A model generated the notes under the pieces. That model did no database searches. It saw nothing but the letters and a program-made list of their open reading frames with translations, and was not told where the DNA came from. A program made the translations under genes and the position numbers. From contig MU008204.1 of the NCBI GenBank assembly GCA_010909165.1, forward strand, positions 367,260 to 431,259: a stretch of 64,000 nt of DNA, in the 5' to 3' direction. The DNA is from Anthoceros angustus (Eukaryota > Plantae > Anthocerotophyta). Shown in pieces: positions 23,713 through 36,799 of this stretch (the first letter of the stretch is position 1; the number at the start of each line of letters is the position of its first letter).

Positions 23713-23973
23713 AAGGAGGAGGACGGGGAGAGGAGGAGGAGGAAGAGGAGGAGAGGAGGAAGGGGAGAGGCAAGGAGGAAAAGGGGAAAGGAGGTAGAGG
23801 AGGAGAGGAGAGGAGGAGGAGGAGGAGGAGGAGGAGGAGGAGAGGAGAGGAAGGGCGAGAGGGAAGGACGAGGAGGGGAAAGAAAGGAGGAGGGGAGATT
23901 ATAAGGAGGAGGAGGAAGATGGAAAATAAGAGGAGCAAGAGGAGGGGAGAGGAAGGAGGGGAGGAAGGAGGGG
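23713..23973 (+). repeat. Polypurine (GGA)n-rich tract; a shorter copy lies at ~25641-25710
   Basis: Almost pyrimidine-free gga/gag repeats. Confidence 0.9.
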
Positions 23974-26900
23974 CATCATGTATCTAAGTTTTCCTTTACT
24001 TTCCAACATGGATATGACGGACATTTTGACTCGACGGTTCTTACCTACCCAAATTTTGATTGCGAATTTGAAAGGAGACGGCGCAGACGTGGTCCGCAGC
24101 GGCGAATTGTGCGGTGGCACGTGATCGCAGATACGCCGATGGCCGTGGCGCCCACGCTCGCAAACGAATGTGCGCTTATCGCCCAATGTTGCCGTGGCCG
24201 TGGTGTTCAACCCGCCTAGACGCTTCGCCCACAACCGCAGTGGCAAGATGCCACTCACCTTTGCAAAGCTGCACAAACAGCCTCCTCCTCTTCTATCTTT
24301 TCCGACCGGATCACGCCACTCTTGGTCCGGACCAGATTTGCTCCTCCATTTGTGGGTCCAGCCACCGATCCGCCAAGAACTTGGTTTTGTACATGCCGAT
24401 TTGATGTCACCGACATTGCGCTGGCCCACCGTGTGCTCACTCCTTTCTCACGATGGTATGCTAGTACTCGGTCTAAGGAATGGGTTTCAATCTATCCGCG
24501 ATCCACCGCAAAGAATCGGGTTGGAGGATGGATAGTCTTTCCAATTGTGCCCGACATCCTCGTGCCACTGCGATTGCGCTTGGTGTGATGTGCTAAAGGA
24601 AACAAGGAAAAATAAACACCAACAAGTCCGGATCACCGCAGGGAAGAGTGCGGTGAATTGCGTGCACAAGGAGGGGCGGAGAACCACGCCCACCGAGGGC
24701 ATTTTTGGAGCGAACCTCGCCGAGAGGAAAGTGGCATCAAGGAAGATCCATGAACCGTGTCAGATCCGGATCATGGTTGAGTGCCGTGTTTAGCGGTGAG
24801 GCATGAGGACTTTCGAGCTCGAATTCGTAACCCACCACCGCGGTGATGGTAATGCACTTACTTGGGATACTTTTTTCAGCTCGCCTGCTTCCATTTTTGC
24901 TCGCCATGGACACATGGCCAATTGACTTTGTTTCCGCTTGTTATTTCACCGTAGTTGCACTGCACTCTTCGAGCTCGCCCGCTCGCAAATCGCAGTCCGC
25001 ATCTAATCGAGTCTAAGCTCGCTACGAGCAAAGACGCGTGAATGGAGTGCGGTGGCGGCAATTGGAGGACAGCTTCCATGGTTTTATGCTTAGCTTCTTG
25101 GAGTTAGCGCTTTTTCCGTCCATCTTTACCATGCTAGACCACCACCGGCATGACCGACGCAATTTTATGCATTGTAAAGTTCATGGATCAAACTTGTTTG
25201 TTCTCACAATGTAGGAATTTGATCATGTTTGGTATACGCTTGCTCAAATCGAGGAAGGTGTGAACCGAACTTTATTGATTTCTGCATGTACCGCTTTGTT
25301 TTGTCCTTAGTTTGCTAGTGCCGTGGTCTCGCTTGTTCAAATTATTAGATTGCGCTTTGCAAGTGGGCCAGAATGTGGTAGCTTGACTTTTGATGGAAAG
25401 GTTCTCGAGCAAGTGATGGAAAATCACGAGAGATGGGTGGGATTAATGTCAAGTTGTCATGGCTTGCAATGTAGCTTGTGCAATTTCCGTCCACCTTACA
25501 AATCTGACATGCTTTGTCACTGGAAAGGAATGCAACTAGTCATAGAGCTTGGAGATGCATATGCACGTCTCAACTATTATAACTAAGGTGAAAATGTTCA
25601 AAACTATGTTCTTTGCCACGCTTGAGGGTCAAGCTTTATAAGGAGGAAGGGGAGGAAGGAGGGGAGATGGGAAGAAGGAGGAGGGGAGAGGGAAAGGAAG
25701 AGGAGGAGGCCATGCCGTGATTTTAAGTAGAGACCCGTTTTCGGTGATTCTAATTTTCACCGATGCGTAACCAGTGACATGATGTTGGTGAAGGGATTGT
25801 GGCAGGCAGGATCATGTACAGCCGCAAGCGTATCTTGTACTTGGCAGAGTATTGCAAGGTCGTGCCAAGACCGTTCGATACCGTGTGATTTCGCCCCGCT
25901 TGTTGCGAACTGTTGGGTCATGATCAACAATTACCTCACAAAGCGATGCGTCACAATAAGGTGTTAGGTGGGACAGATTCTTGGGTGCCATGGGCGTGAA
26001 GCCGATGGCTGCGACGTGGAAGGCTAAACCGTCGGGCATGCTATAAAGTAGGGGTATAAAGGGTCACGATATTTACACATATAGTAAATACAAAGTATCA
26101 TAGCATGAATATGCACATGTAATGTATGTAACACTTGTAGAAACATGGTGCCCATGTTACGGTTTGACACGTTTGATACGCCCTCTAGAACGTTACATTG
26201 CTTGCGCATGTGCTTTGCATACAAGCCCGCATTTGTTACACCGCTTGTAACACTATTCTTCGGGCGGGTGCATTGTGTCCCATTACCCGCCTCCCCGCCT
26301 TTCGCAGCCCCCTTATAATACAATATTCGTGTCGCCCTGCTTAAAGAGTGCGCTCAAGTCGCGGCTCCACACGGCGCGCCAGGTCGGGAACCGAGTTCCG
26401 CCTCCGCTTGTACGCTGGCGCGTGGCTCACATCGATGGCGTCGTGTCCCTCTACATTCCATACGCTCAGATAGGGCGACGACCGTGGTGCCATGGAGGAA
26501 ATGGAGCGCGATGGCCATATAAGGGCGCCACGATCGTCGACGGCCGCCCACGGCCACGCCATGTAAGTTTGTATGTCCATCAATGCCCATGCTAGGTGAG
26601 TTGTGGGTACTTCCAAACAAGGCAAACGATTTGACGGGCGGTGCGAAAGAGGGCGGACCGCGGATTCAATGCAATGACTACGCTGACGCCAAGCGTGGGT
26701 GGATCGACCAGCCTTGGGATGCCGCTTTTGCATTACCTTTGTGAAGTCATGCGCTCGTGTCGGATGGTTTTCATCCCTGTCCCCAAGGGATTTCCAGAGT
26801 GGCCTTGAAATTTGGGACTCAAAGAATGGCACGAAATGAGAGGGTCCAGCCCCTACAAACACCGCAACAACAACATGGCGATGAACACTTGGGATCTCCA

Positions 26901-29049
26901 CACGACAAACAACGCCGCGAGGTTGATAGCTAGTGGAGCGCCGAATGAATTGTGCCTCTTGCAAAACACTGCACAATCAAGATTATGGAACATGACATTC
27001 CCTCAGCAGCGTGCATACATCGACACCAAGTTTCGACATGAACTGCCCAAGCTCAAAACCTTGGATCGGAAAGACACTTTATTCGAATGTACGCATGCGA
27101 TCGACCGATGAGCCCATACAAGATCCCTCCAGCCAAGGTGTAGCACGCCGACTATCATTTCACGTCGGAAATGCCGCCATTGCACATGAAATCGTGACCG
27201 CAAACCGCTTCCACCTGCTAGGTGAATGTAACTGTTCAAACTGTGGAAGTTTGCACCGCCCACTTGTTGCTTCATACTATACCACATGTCAAGGGATGTG
27301 AGCATGGATCGCAAGGCATACTCGCCCCGCCCAGAAAACCGACGCCATCCCATTGAGGGCCCTTTCCGCATAGATATGCCGGCCCCACATCCACTTGTGA
27401 TATTGAGCCTCTTCTTGCAAAGATGTCCGCAAGTTCCCACAACCATTGTGCCTTGTTTGGTGTCGACATATTTTCACCAAATTGGGCCACCTTCCACTAC
27501 AAGAACGCCAAACTTGTTGGTACCATCGCATCGCAATACATTCTCTCCTTGAGTCTCAAACCTCGTGACAATGATATTGTCCCGCCATGCTTGCCTTGTC
27601 GGATCACCAAACACGTATAGCGAGCTCTTCGCCGCCCGTAAAGCCCACACCCAACCTTTCCGAGCATGCCGCCCACACATCCGCCTCTTTCCCCACCATC
27701 TCGGATGGCAAGACGCAACGGACCATCGCCTTCCAAGCTTGCCCTTGCTGCAAAAACGATGATGCATTTCGGCAACCCCGATGCCTCCATGACTGGACCA
27801 CCCACTTGCCATCTCCCGCTTCCCACACGAACTGTCTTCATCCCAAATCGGTAGGCCTGTGACATACACCTTCTCTCACCTTCCACGGGCCCGAGGTCCG
27901 CGCCCAAATCGGAGGGGCACTTCATCCCTTCGCCCGCGTGAGCCGCCGCTCAGACGGTGTCATAATCCGTCCTTCGCCCATGCCTCCATGCCGCCTCCCA
28001 CCGCTAAACGGTATTCTATTGGCTATTACAAGGACACCACCGTCGGCGCCGTGGTGTCTCAGAATGGGACATGTCCTACCGGTAAGCCTCGTTTCTTCCA
28101 TGGCGCAGCGCCGATGTATGGAGCAAAGTACTGGGCTGAGAAAACCGCAGACGGATTCATCGACCACACCGCCTCTTCCTGCAAGATATGGAAGAAACGA
28201 CGCTGAATTGTGGAGAACACTTACCACCGGAGCCGCCGATATCGCTCTCGCAGGATGGTGGTTGTCTCCGCCACCGGCAGCGTAGCACATTTAGTACCGC
28301 ATTTCCGACGGGCATGAGTTTTCGCCATAAAGCACTTGCTTGCCGCTGGAGAGTTCACAACGGCGCCTCACGCTATCGCCATCGGCGACTACCACCACTT
28401 CATTCTCACCTCGCCTCGCGACACGGCGAAAGAAGCACGCCTTGTCAATCCTCGCGGCACAATGGTCCGACGCCGATCCGGAGTTCACAACGCATATGTA
28501 CCGCCCATGCCCGAAGCAGCAGAAGCACCATTAAAATTCCGCACATTTCGCCAGACCGCCAAAAAACAATCCGGTCTTGGTTCCGCGAGGTGTGTACTTC
28601 GGCCGTTTTTTACAGCTCTTTCGTGGATGCGAACGATGATCCGCTCGACCCCCTCATGCCCGCATTGAGTTCCCGCCGCAGCCGATGCCCATTCTCATGA
28701 AGTTGGCAATGGCCACCCGCCATCGCACCTGTGGGGCCACCGACCCGCGGTGCTCGCCACGCCGCCGCCCGCCCATCGCGAAATGCGAGTGAACTACCGA
28801 CCACACGGCGGATACAGCGAGCCAATGCCGGATTGGTGGCGGTTGTGAAAGAGAGGACATGCTGCGACCTTGATGCGGACGCGGGTGGACACCGATGCGA
28901 CGCCGCTGACCGACGCGCGCGACCTTCATGCCGACGGAGGAGATTCGTGGACTTGGATGAACTGCTGGTGTTCCCGACGTACCTGGCAAGGAGAGAGCAT
29001 ATGCCCGGGATGCTGCGGAAATGCCCTTGTTCACCATCGCAGAACCTTG

Positions 29050-31480
29050 CACCTCGAAAGAGTCCCGCTTAATTGCAACCCTGCTCTTGCTTTCCATTCA
29101 AACTCGCGGCATACACGACGTCATGATGTCGATGCGTGTTGTTGGGCGCATTTGTTGCCCGAGAGGAATTCTCCGCCAAGTCGATGACGGAGGCTAAAAA
29201 GACATTGTACTGGCCGCACTTCAAGAAAATTCATGCTCGTAAATGATCGATGTCGCTGGGGCCCCTATGCGGACCACGCGAATGCATTAAATGCCTGCAG
29301 ACAGATATGTAGAGGTGGGATCGCCAAACGGCGCTAGGAGAGCTCCTGTGAAAGTTCTGTGGCACTCACAAGGATAGGCTGGCCCGCATGTTTAGAGCAC
29401 CATAATCGGCTAATGACATGACAGACATGGATCTGGAGCATGATGGGTCCATGGGCATAATACACACGCATGGGAGGTTTTAGATGGATTGGATGGCTTT
29501 GGCTAACCCGTAAACATCCGTCTCGCTCTTGCAACGGACGGGTTTAACCCATTTGGACACAAGTCCACAACTACATCTATATGGCCTGTTATGCTATTCT
29601 TACACAACCTTCCACCATGGCTAAGCACGAAATCCGCTTATACCATCATGCCGCTTATTGTGCCGGGCCCTCACATTGTGCCGAACTTTGATGTTTACAT
29701 GGAACCTCTTTTGGAGGAGTTGAGAGACCTGTGGCATGGGATACCCATGGACGACTTCTCTTTCCGGACAGCTCAGCGACGCTTCACGCTATGAGCATTG
29801 TTTTGCACACCATAGTGATTATCCGGCATTGGCACACTCCACGGCTTTAGTGAAGGGTTCAAGGGCATGTGCGGAATGTTGGGATGGCTTAGACTCACCG
29901 GGCCCACCACGTGCGTATGAGGAGTACCTTGGCTCGGCGGTGGCTTCCAATCATCCCATGCGCGGTAGACATGGACCGGTACAACAATGAAGTGGAGCGG
30001 CCTCGTCCCAATCCCCTCGCTTGACGCTAATGGCGTATATGGAAAAGAGAGATAATGCAACAATCCGGAGTTGAGGGAGAGGCAAGTTTGGCACCGCAAA
30101 AGCTTATGGTTTGATTACTCCGATTGGAGACACATGCCGAGGTGGACACAAAGGGATGTTATGCACATTGAGAAGAACAATGCAGGCTTTGTGGCACCTT
30201 GATAGGAGAGAAAGATGATCTACGATCCCGCTTAGACATGGAAGAATACGGGGCAAGCATGAGCTATGGCCATTGCTAGGAATAGGAGACCTTCTCGCTC
30301 AGTATGTCTTATCCAAGCCGGACTTGGATATGGTTTTATGCGAGATGCAGCCATACTGTTACCAATCGGATACGATCAAACATCATCGTAAAATCAAGGC
30401 CGCAACTGGAAACCTCAAAGCTCATGATTGGCATGTTGTCATGGAGATTTATTTCCTATTGTCTTACGGGACGAATCAAGCCCTCAAGATACAAAGCAAA
30501 GAACGCCTCAAGAACTATATCGGATATGCCAACGCCGGATTCCGGGCATGAGGTTGGGAGAATGCAACAAGAGTGCATCGTCATGTGTCACCGGAAAGAG
30601 AATTTCCACCCAACTTGTTTGATATTTCACGCATCTCATTATTCACTTGGTGGATGATGTTGCATTGGGCCCGTAAGTGTCGCTGGATGTATCCTGGGAG
30701 AGGTATTTGGGGAGCAGGAAGGACACTATTAGACAACAGAAAACCCGAAAGGGATGGCTGGAGGGATATGTGAGGGAGGAATCTTTGTCGATGCTAAGTC
30801 GCACCTTAGTGAACACTATCCTCGGCCCTCCCATATTTGGAGCGATAAGTTCATGAAGAATGCACAGAAAGGCATTAGGCATGGGACGCCCATACAAGTT
30901 TACGACGGAGTTGCACCAGTCCACACTTTCATCTTGGTCCACATCCAAATCTTAGACCCATTCTTGCAAAGAGAGGAGGAAGTGGAACAAGGAGTAACGA
31001 CGGAGCCATCTTTTCGCATGGATCCATGCCGCAGATTCAGCCGGGAAGATTCCCATCTCACCGACGATGTGGCTGCAGCTATGGACGGCCGTCCCTTTGG
31101 GCCAATGCACATACATGGTAAGGGAAGCCACCTTCTACCGCCGCATTTAAGAGTCGAAAGTGACACAGACTGTGTGTTCACCCACGTCATGGGGACGAAG
31201 GGAGCGGACTTACTATGGCCATGTCCAAGAAACTCGGTCTCGCTGGGGTACAACCACTCATCCCGAAGGTGAAGTGGTTCGAGTAATCCGCACGCAGATC
31301 TCCTTCGCTGATAGAAACGATCATGTTTCCACCGCGTTCACTAGGCGCTTGTAATGACGGGGCGATGATGTCGATACCCCATTCATATGGCCAAATCAAG
31401 TGACCCAAAGGTATTCTACATGCCGATGGATGTAAGAGAGGGTGGGCATTAGCCGTGCCCACTCCCGACGGGGTGGAGGG
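29050..31480 (+). pseudogene. CACTA/En-Spm TnpD (Tnp2; Transposase_21 plus DUF4218-like) transposase, heavily frameshifted
   Basis: LLPERNS...EAKK...FKKIHA; RNIRLALATDGFNPFG..STTTSIWPVMLFLHNLPPW...IVPGP...NFDVYMEPLLEELRDLW; DYPAL; DVMHIEKN (~30155); LKAHDWHVVME; FPPNLFD...RWMYP. Confidence 0.92.
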
Positions 31481-32210
31481 AGGAGGGAGGGAAGCGTGAT
31501 GGACATCGTGACGGCTTTCGTATAGGAAGTGAAACGATCCATTGAAACCCTAACTAAACGAAACCTCTACTACCCCGCATGTATGGACCTCGCTTATAAG
31601 CTCACCGCTTTAGGCTAATAACAAGAGATGCGTATAATCGCACTATTCCCGAGATGTCGATGTTCGAAGTCAACAACAATTCGCCTATGCCATCGCCTTC
31701 TTTTCCATAAAACTATCCACCAATATGCGAAGGTGGCGACTGGTCATTTATGGCGGGCTTTGTCCGCAGCTGCCTCCACAGCCTTTAAGAAGGACCCACC
31801 AAGTTTGGCGCCATCCACGAACCAAGCCCAAACATCGAGAGCCGCACCAAGTCCATCCACTGGTGATTTCTGGCAAACACCTCCTACCTCCGCACCGCGC
31901 GAAAGCATCCAAGGCATCCGCTGACGTAAGAGAACTCAGCGAGCTCCTTCTTCGCGATTGCCGGGCGCGAGGGCGGGCGAGACGCCTGTGCTACCCAGTC
32001 TCCGGATGATGCTTCCATCTCCGCCGTAAAGGATCCCTATTGCCGCTATCGGTGCAGTGCCGAGACACTTTCCACCGATGCTCAAGTGCACAAAACGGTG
32101 GTGAGCAGGAAGGTCGGGCGCAAGGACTAACGCATGAAAGTGAAGAGGTCGCCACCATTAATACAAGACAAGCTTGCTGCGGAGCGGTGCACTAGCTTAA
32201 ACAATGGCTC

Positions 32211-35200
32211 GTGGGCTATGCACTCGGGAGTTAAGTAGGGTTTCTTAGGATTGAAGGACAATAAAAGGAGGAATAAATTGGGGTAGCGCCGGACGAGGCT
32301 CGAGTATACTCCGACTGGAGTGAACAACGGACCTGCATTACTATGGCAAGCCCGACTACGCCGGAGTAACGGATAAGTCCGAACCCACCTGTGTCAAAAT
32401 AGGATAAGTACGCCAGTGAAAGTAACCTAGGAGCGAGGCGTGAGGATGACGAGGCGGCGCCACGTGGACGGCCCCGAGTGGAGGTCGCATGCGAGGTCAG
32501 ACCGTAACCTGCTGCAGGCCGCATAAGGTTATTCACGCCCGCCCGCGCGGCGTAAGGCCGCAGTAAGCAAGCGAGGGTCGAGTGCGCGCGCACTCGCGCG
32601 CACGACAACGAAGAGGCGCCTTCCGCCCAGAAGCTTACTTCCACAAGCGCCAAGGAGGGAGGTTCGCCGCCTCCGCATAATCCTCAGCCTTGCGCCCGCA
32701 ATCCGCTCGCGCATCTTTTGGGCGCCAGCCACAGAGGGCGCACTGGTTGAGCTGAACGCGGAAGGAGGAACATCGTGCTGACTCCGCCAGCAGACAAAAG
32801 AAAGAGGAGGAAAGCAATGGCACCCAAAAGCCGAAGTCTGGGAGCCATGGACCGTGGAGCGCAACATTGTGACCCGCGCTATCCGGACTTCGGCCCGGGC
32901 CGGAGGAAGCAGGGAATTGGTGCAGAGTGGCATCCGGACGTGTTCCAAATGGTCTCGACCTTTGACAACGCTACTCTAGTCCGGAGTTTGCCCGAAGATG
33001 TCAAGGCGATCAACAAGGAGGTCCGATCCAAGAACCTCCGGAGGACCCGAGGCGATGGACCTTGAGGTCCCGAGGATGGCCTACAACCGCCCAAGGAGGA
33101 AGAAGGGGCGCAGCGAGCCCCTTAAGGCGAAGGAAGATAGGGCCACGCCGCGATGCCGAGGCTCGAACGCAGCGACAACCAACGGATGGTTGATATCCGA
33201 TCCGGGATGAGTAAGGGCGTAGCCCGGATCATTGTCCATTGAACTCGCCACCAAGGTGGATCACCTTGGTGATAACTCGCTGGTATTCTCGCATGCGCCC
33301 AAGGGAAGAGAGCGACCGGGAAGGATTATCTTCGCCTGCGCCAGAGGCACGCAAGCTAAGGAGCGAGAAGCCTCGCCATCGGGGCCGACCCCATACCGAT
33401 TCATGTATGGGGACATTTCGAGCCCCTCAAGGAGGGAGAGCTTGAGCGGGCGCCCGGGGCCGGAGGCCCCGCTGTAGAGCGTGCAAGGGCGCCTGAGGTG
33501 GGGGTCGCCCTTCAAGACCAAGCGGACTGGAGGAGGACGATCGAGGATTCCTGACTCATACGTCGAGCGAACCCCTCACCACCTGTGGAAGTTTGGGAGG
33601 CGATTCCCCTTCCTCCTTTTGGTGCCCTCCGAACAGTGAGGGAGCCGATGCCGAGGGCGCCATGGCCCGCACCGGCGTAACAATAACAACCACGACGACG
33701 CCGAGCCCGACTCCGGGAGCAAGAGGCGGAAGACGCCGCTTACCAACGCAAAGACCTCGAAGGTGCAGACTTCTACCGCGAGTGGCAAGAGGTCAAGAGG
33801 CGGTAAGGAGGGCAAAGGGACGTGGCCCAAGGAGCAGGAGGTCACCGGCAGCCCCCACCTCGAGCCGGCCCCTGCCCCCACATGTGAAGGGGCAAAAGAG
33901 CTTGCTGACCCCCTCACCTCCTCCGAGCCCTGTGAGAAAGAGGGCACAAAGGAGTTAGAGGCCAAGAGGGCCAAAGAGGGTGAGACTCGACCACCACTGT
34001 GACCCGAGGGTCCCGATTAGGTCCGAGAACCCCCCCGACTTACCCCGGATCAAGGTATGGAGGTCCTTGGCGGACGAGAAATGCCGGCCCCACTACGGAC
34101 TTTGTGGGGCCTCACAGCGGCCGTGGAAGAAACACGGCGAAGTCCTGCTACATATGGACGGAATGCTTTGGGGTCTCTGGTACATGGAGAAGACCTGTGA
34201 AGTGGAGGCCACCCGAGGAGGATGGTGGAACCCAAGAGCAAGTGAAGGCGGCCGAGGGGCAAAGGAAAGGCGGAGTCCTCGCCGGATCGAGGAAGGGAAC
34301 GCCGGTGAGCGCGAGGCCCGGCGGTTCACAGATCGGGTTAAGGTTCTTCACTGCACACCAAGCAAGCCTGGGAGGCCCAAGCGGGAGGACCTTGCTGCAA
34401 AAGAGGGAAGCGCAGCAGAGGCGGAAGAGGCCCGCACAAGCAGAGAGCTCGACCGGGCGGAGGCGGCCCGGCCAGAGCGCCAAGTGGGCGAGGCCTGTAA
34501 AGGCGGCGAAGGAGCCAAGCCGCAAAAGAGCGACCGGGATCACATGCACGTGATCGGAACCGTGGAGAGTCACAGACCGAGGCTAACTCAAGGCCGTGAC
34601 AAAGGGCTATGGAGGTGCAAGGGCCAAGACTCGGGAGATAGGGGATCTCCGAGTGCAGCAGGAGGTAGAAGGGAGGCGCAGCAGATGGAGGATGAAGGAC
34701 ACGCCGGAGCTACAACCCAAGATGCGGAGCAAAGCAGTGATTCTCAACGAGAGAATCCACGACTCGAGCACGAAATAGAGCCCGCCCCTCAAGACGGAGG
34801 AAAATCGGCGACTATCCAAGGAGTTGGACGCTGCTGTGCCATGGAGCCGGAGGAAGTCCGAGCCTGGACGAGGTATCCGACCGCCTGAGAGGAGGGCGAG
34901 CTAAAGGCCGTAATGAACGGAGGAGCGCGAGCACCGGAAGCGTAAAAGCCGTCCACCGAGAAAGGCGGAAGGGAACGCCGCGCTATGGCGGGTAAGTCGG
35001 CGGAAAGGAAACGAGGAGCAAGTGAGCAACATGGCCGCAGGAGGTGACCGAGGCCGTAGCCTCGCGTGATACGCCTGCCCACCACAACCGGGCAGGAGAG
35101 GTGGCCCAACAAGCCGAAAGCAAGACGCCCCTAACACTTATGGCGAGGGAGTATCGGTGCTCCGCACACGTGGAAGAGGCACCAACAAGTCGATCTGTGA

Positions 35201-36556
35201 CTTTGCCTATTACCACGCCGAGCCCCAAGGCGAGAAGCCTCGACTCCGCAGACGGACGACCGGAAGGCTCAAGGAGATGAAGGCCACGGGGACAAAGACA
35301 GGACCCTAGTGGCCTGCTTGGAGATGACGGAGCGGCGGAGAGGAGCAACCGGAGGAGAACGAGGGAGCGCGGATGCGATCGAGGTAAGCACCCGCACCTC
35401 ACCATGGAAGGAGGGGCCAACGGGAGTCCGGGCGATCGGGAACCGGGAGGACTTGAGGAGAGCCACGGAGGAGTCCCGTGAGGGAGGAAACCTGGTGGAG
35501 TCCGACTTTGTCCGGACCCTGAGGGAGGCCGGACTCAAGTCCGGACCTCTAATAACTGACCCCGAGGTCCGGACCCCAGAGACAAGGACCCAGCCGGCCG
35601 ACCTGTGAAATAAGCCGGACTCAAGTTCGTGAGTGACAGACCTCGAGGACCGGATGCAGAAGGAGGAGCCCCTTCGACTTACGCTTAGGGGAGCCGAGAT
35701 ATGGTGGCCCCACCGCAAGGACCTGTGGAGGGGCCAGGGAGGATGACGCCGTGGTAACGCGGCTTGTCGACCGCCAGAGCCCAACCCGATGTGATTCCGG
35801 GAGAGGAGGGCCCGCCTCACGGATCATCCGATTGGGTGCACCACAACCGTGACGGGGATTGACCACCCATTCCGAGGGGGCCTGTGACCTTCCCACCCCA
35901 CAAGGAGATAGGGGGATAGGATGGTAGGCGATTAGGGTATACCGAGCTATCACCGTAATAGGGGTAATAAAGACGCCACCTTGGGCGCAGATAAGAGGGC
36001 CGAGGTCGCCTAGTAAAGCATCTTTCTTGGTGTTGATGCCGCTCTGCGCACCTTTGTGAGTCTTCTTGCTAACGTGAGTCCCGAGTCACCGAAAGGTGCA
36101 CGACACCCGGGAGATTGATCAAGGTCCCGTGACGGACTTAACGCGTTGTGGTGTGCAGGAAGGGTGATCGGTGATCCGTGTCGCCCGAGCCGCACCGAAC
36201 GGAACGCGTGAGCCGGAGGAACTCGGAGGGCGTGTAGAGCCCGGACGAGAGGCCCGCGAACGAGGAGGTCCGGATCACAGAATCGCGGCTTTTCTAAGAC
36301 CAAGAGTGTAGCGTGAGGGAGAGAGGAAAGGATCGATGCGTGAGGATGTGAACGAGGACGCGAACGGGTCTAAACGCTTGGCCATACCGGCCCAGACGGT
36401 GAACGCGAGTAGTTAGGAGTATGTGTGTTGAGACGAACGAGCGCTAAGGACGGTAAGAATCACCAAACGCGTAAACGGGCCTATCATTCCCTTGGGAACG
36501 GACTTCTTCCTACAACGACACGGATTGTGCCGCGCCATCAGAAAAGTCACGCCACA
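32211..36556 (+). repeat. 5' LTR (~4.35 kb)
   Basis: Starts GTGGGCTATGCACT (initial T missing), ends ...aaaagtcacgccaCA; collinear with 42049-46336. Confidence 0.87.
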
Positions 36557-36559
36557 TTT

Positions 36560-36573
36560 TGGCGCTGCCGGGA
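36560..36573 (+). promoter_or_regulatory. Primer-binding site
   Basis: TGGCGCTGCCGGGA immediately after the LTR; resembles the TGGCGCCGTTGCCGGGG tRNA-Asp-type PBS of Athila-like elements. Confidence 0.75.
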
Positions 36574-36799
36574 ATGAAATCGGTCTGTGGTGCCGCAGTG
36601 CGCCCTTAGGAAGAGAAGGTAAGTGAATGCGTGGCGGTCGAGCGACGGTCAAGAGTGAACTGGGGAGGATCGGACGTGGTCACCTCGGCTCTCCGAGCCG
36701 TGAGAGAGAGACGCCAAACCCAACGAGAGAGCACCGCCGATCGAGGAGGAGAACGTGGTCGAATTGTCGGACCAAGACGAGTACGCAAGGGGACGCCAA

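Noticed and set aside
23342-23987. ORFs rich in YI, E/R/G or L/S/P
   Set aside because: Translations of the microsatellite and the GGA tract.
28060-28420. PIF1-helicase-like (PTGKP...VVVSATGSVA) or JmjC-like (AGEF...YHH) motifs
   Set aside because: Motifs lie in different frames with wrong spacing and no further supporting motifs; kept only as unknown cargo.
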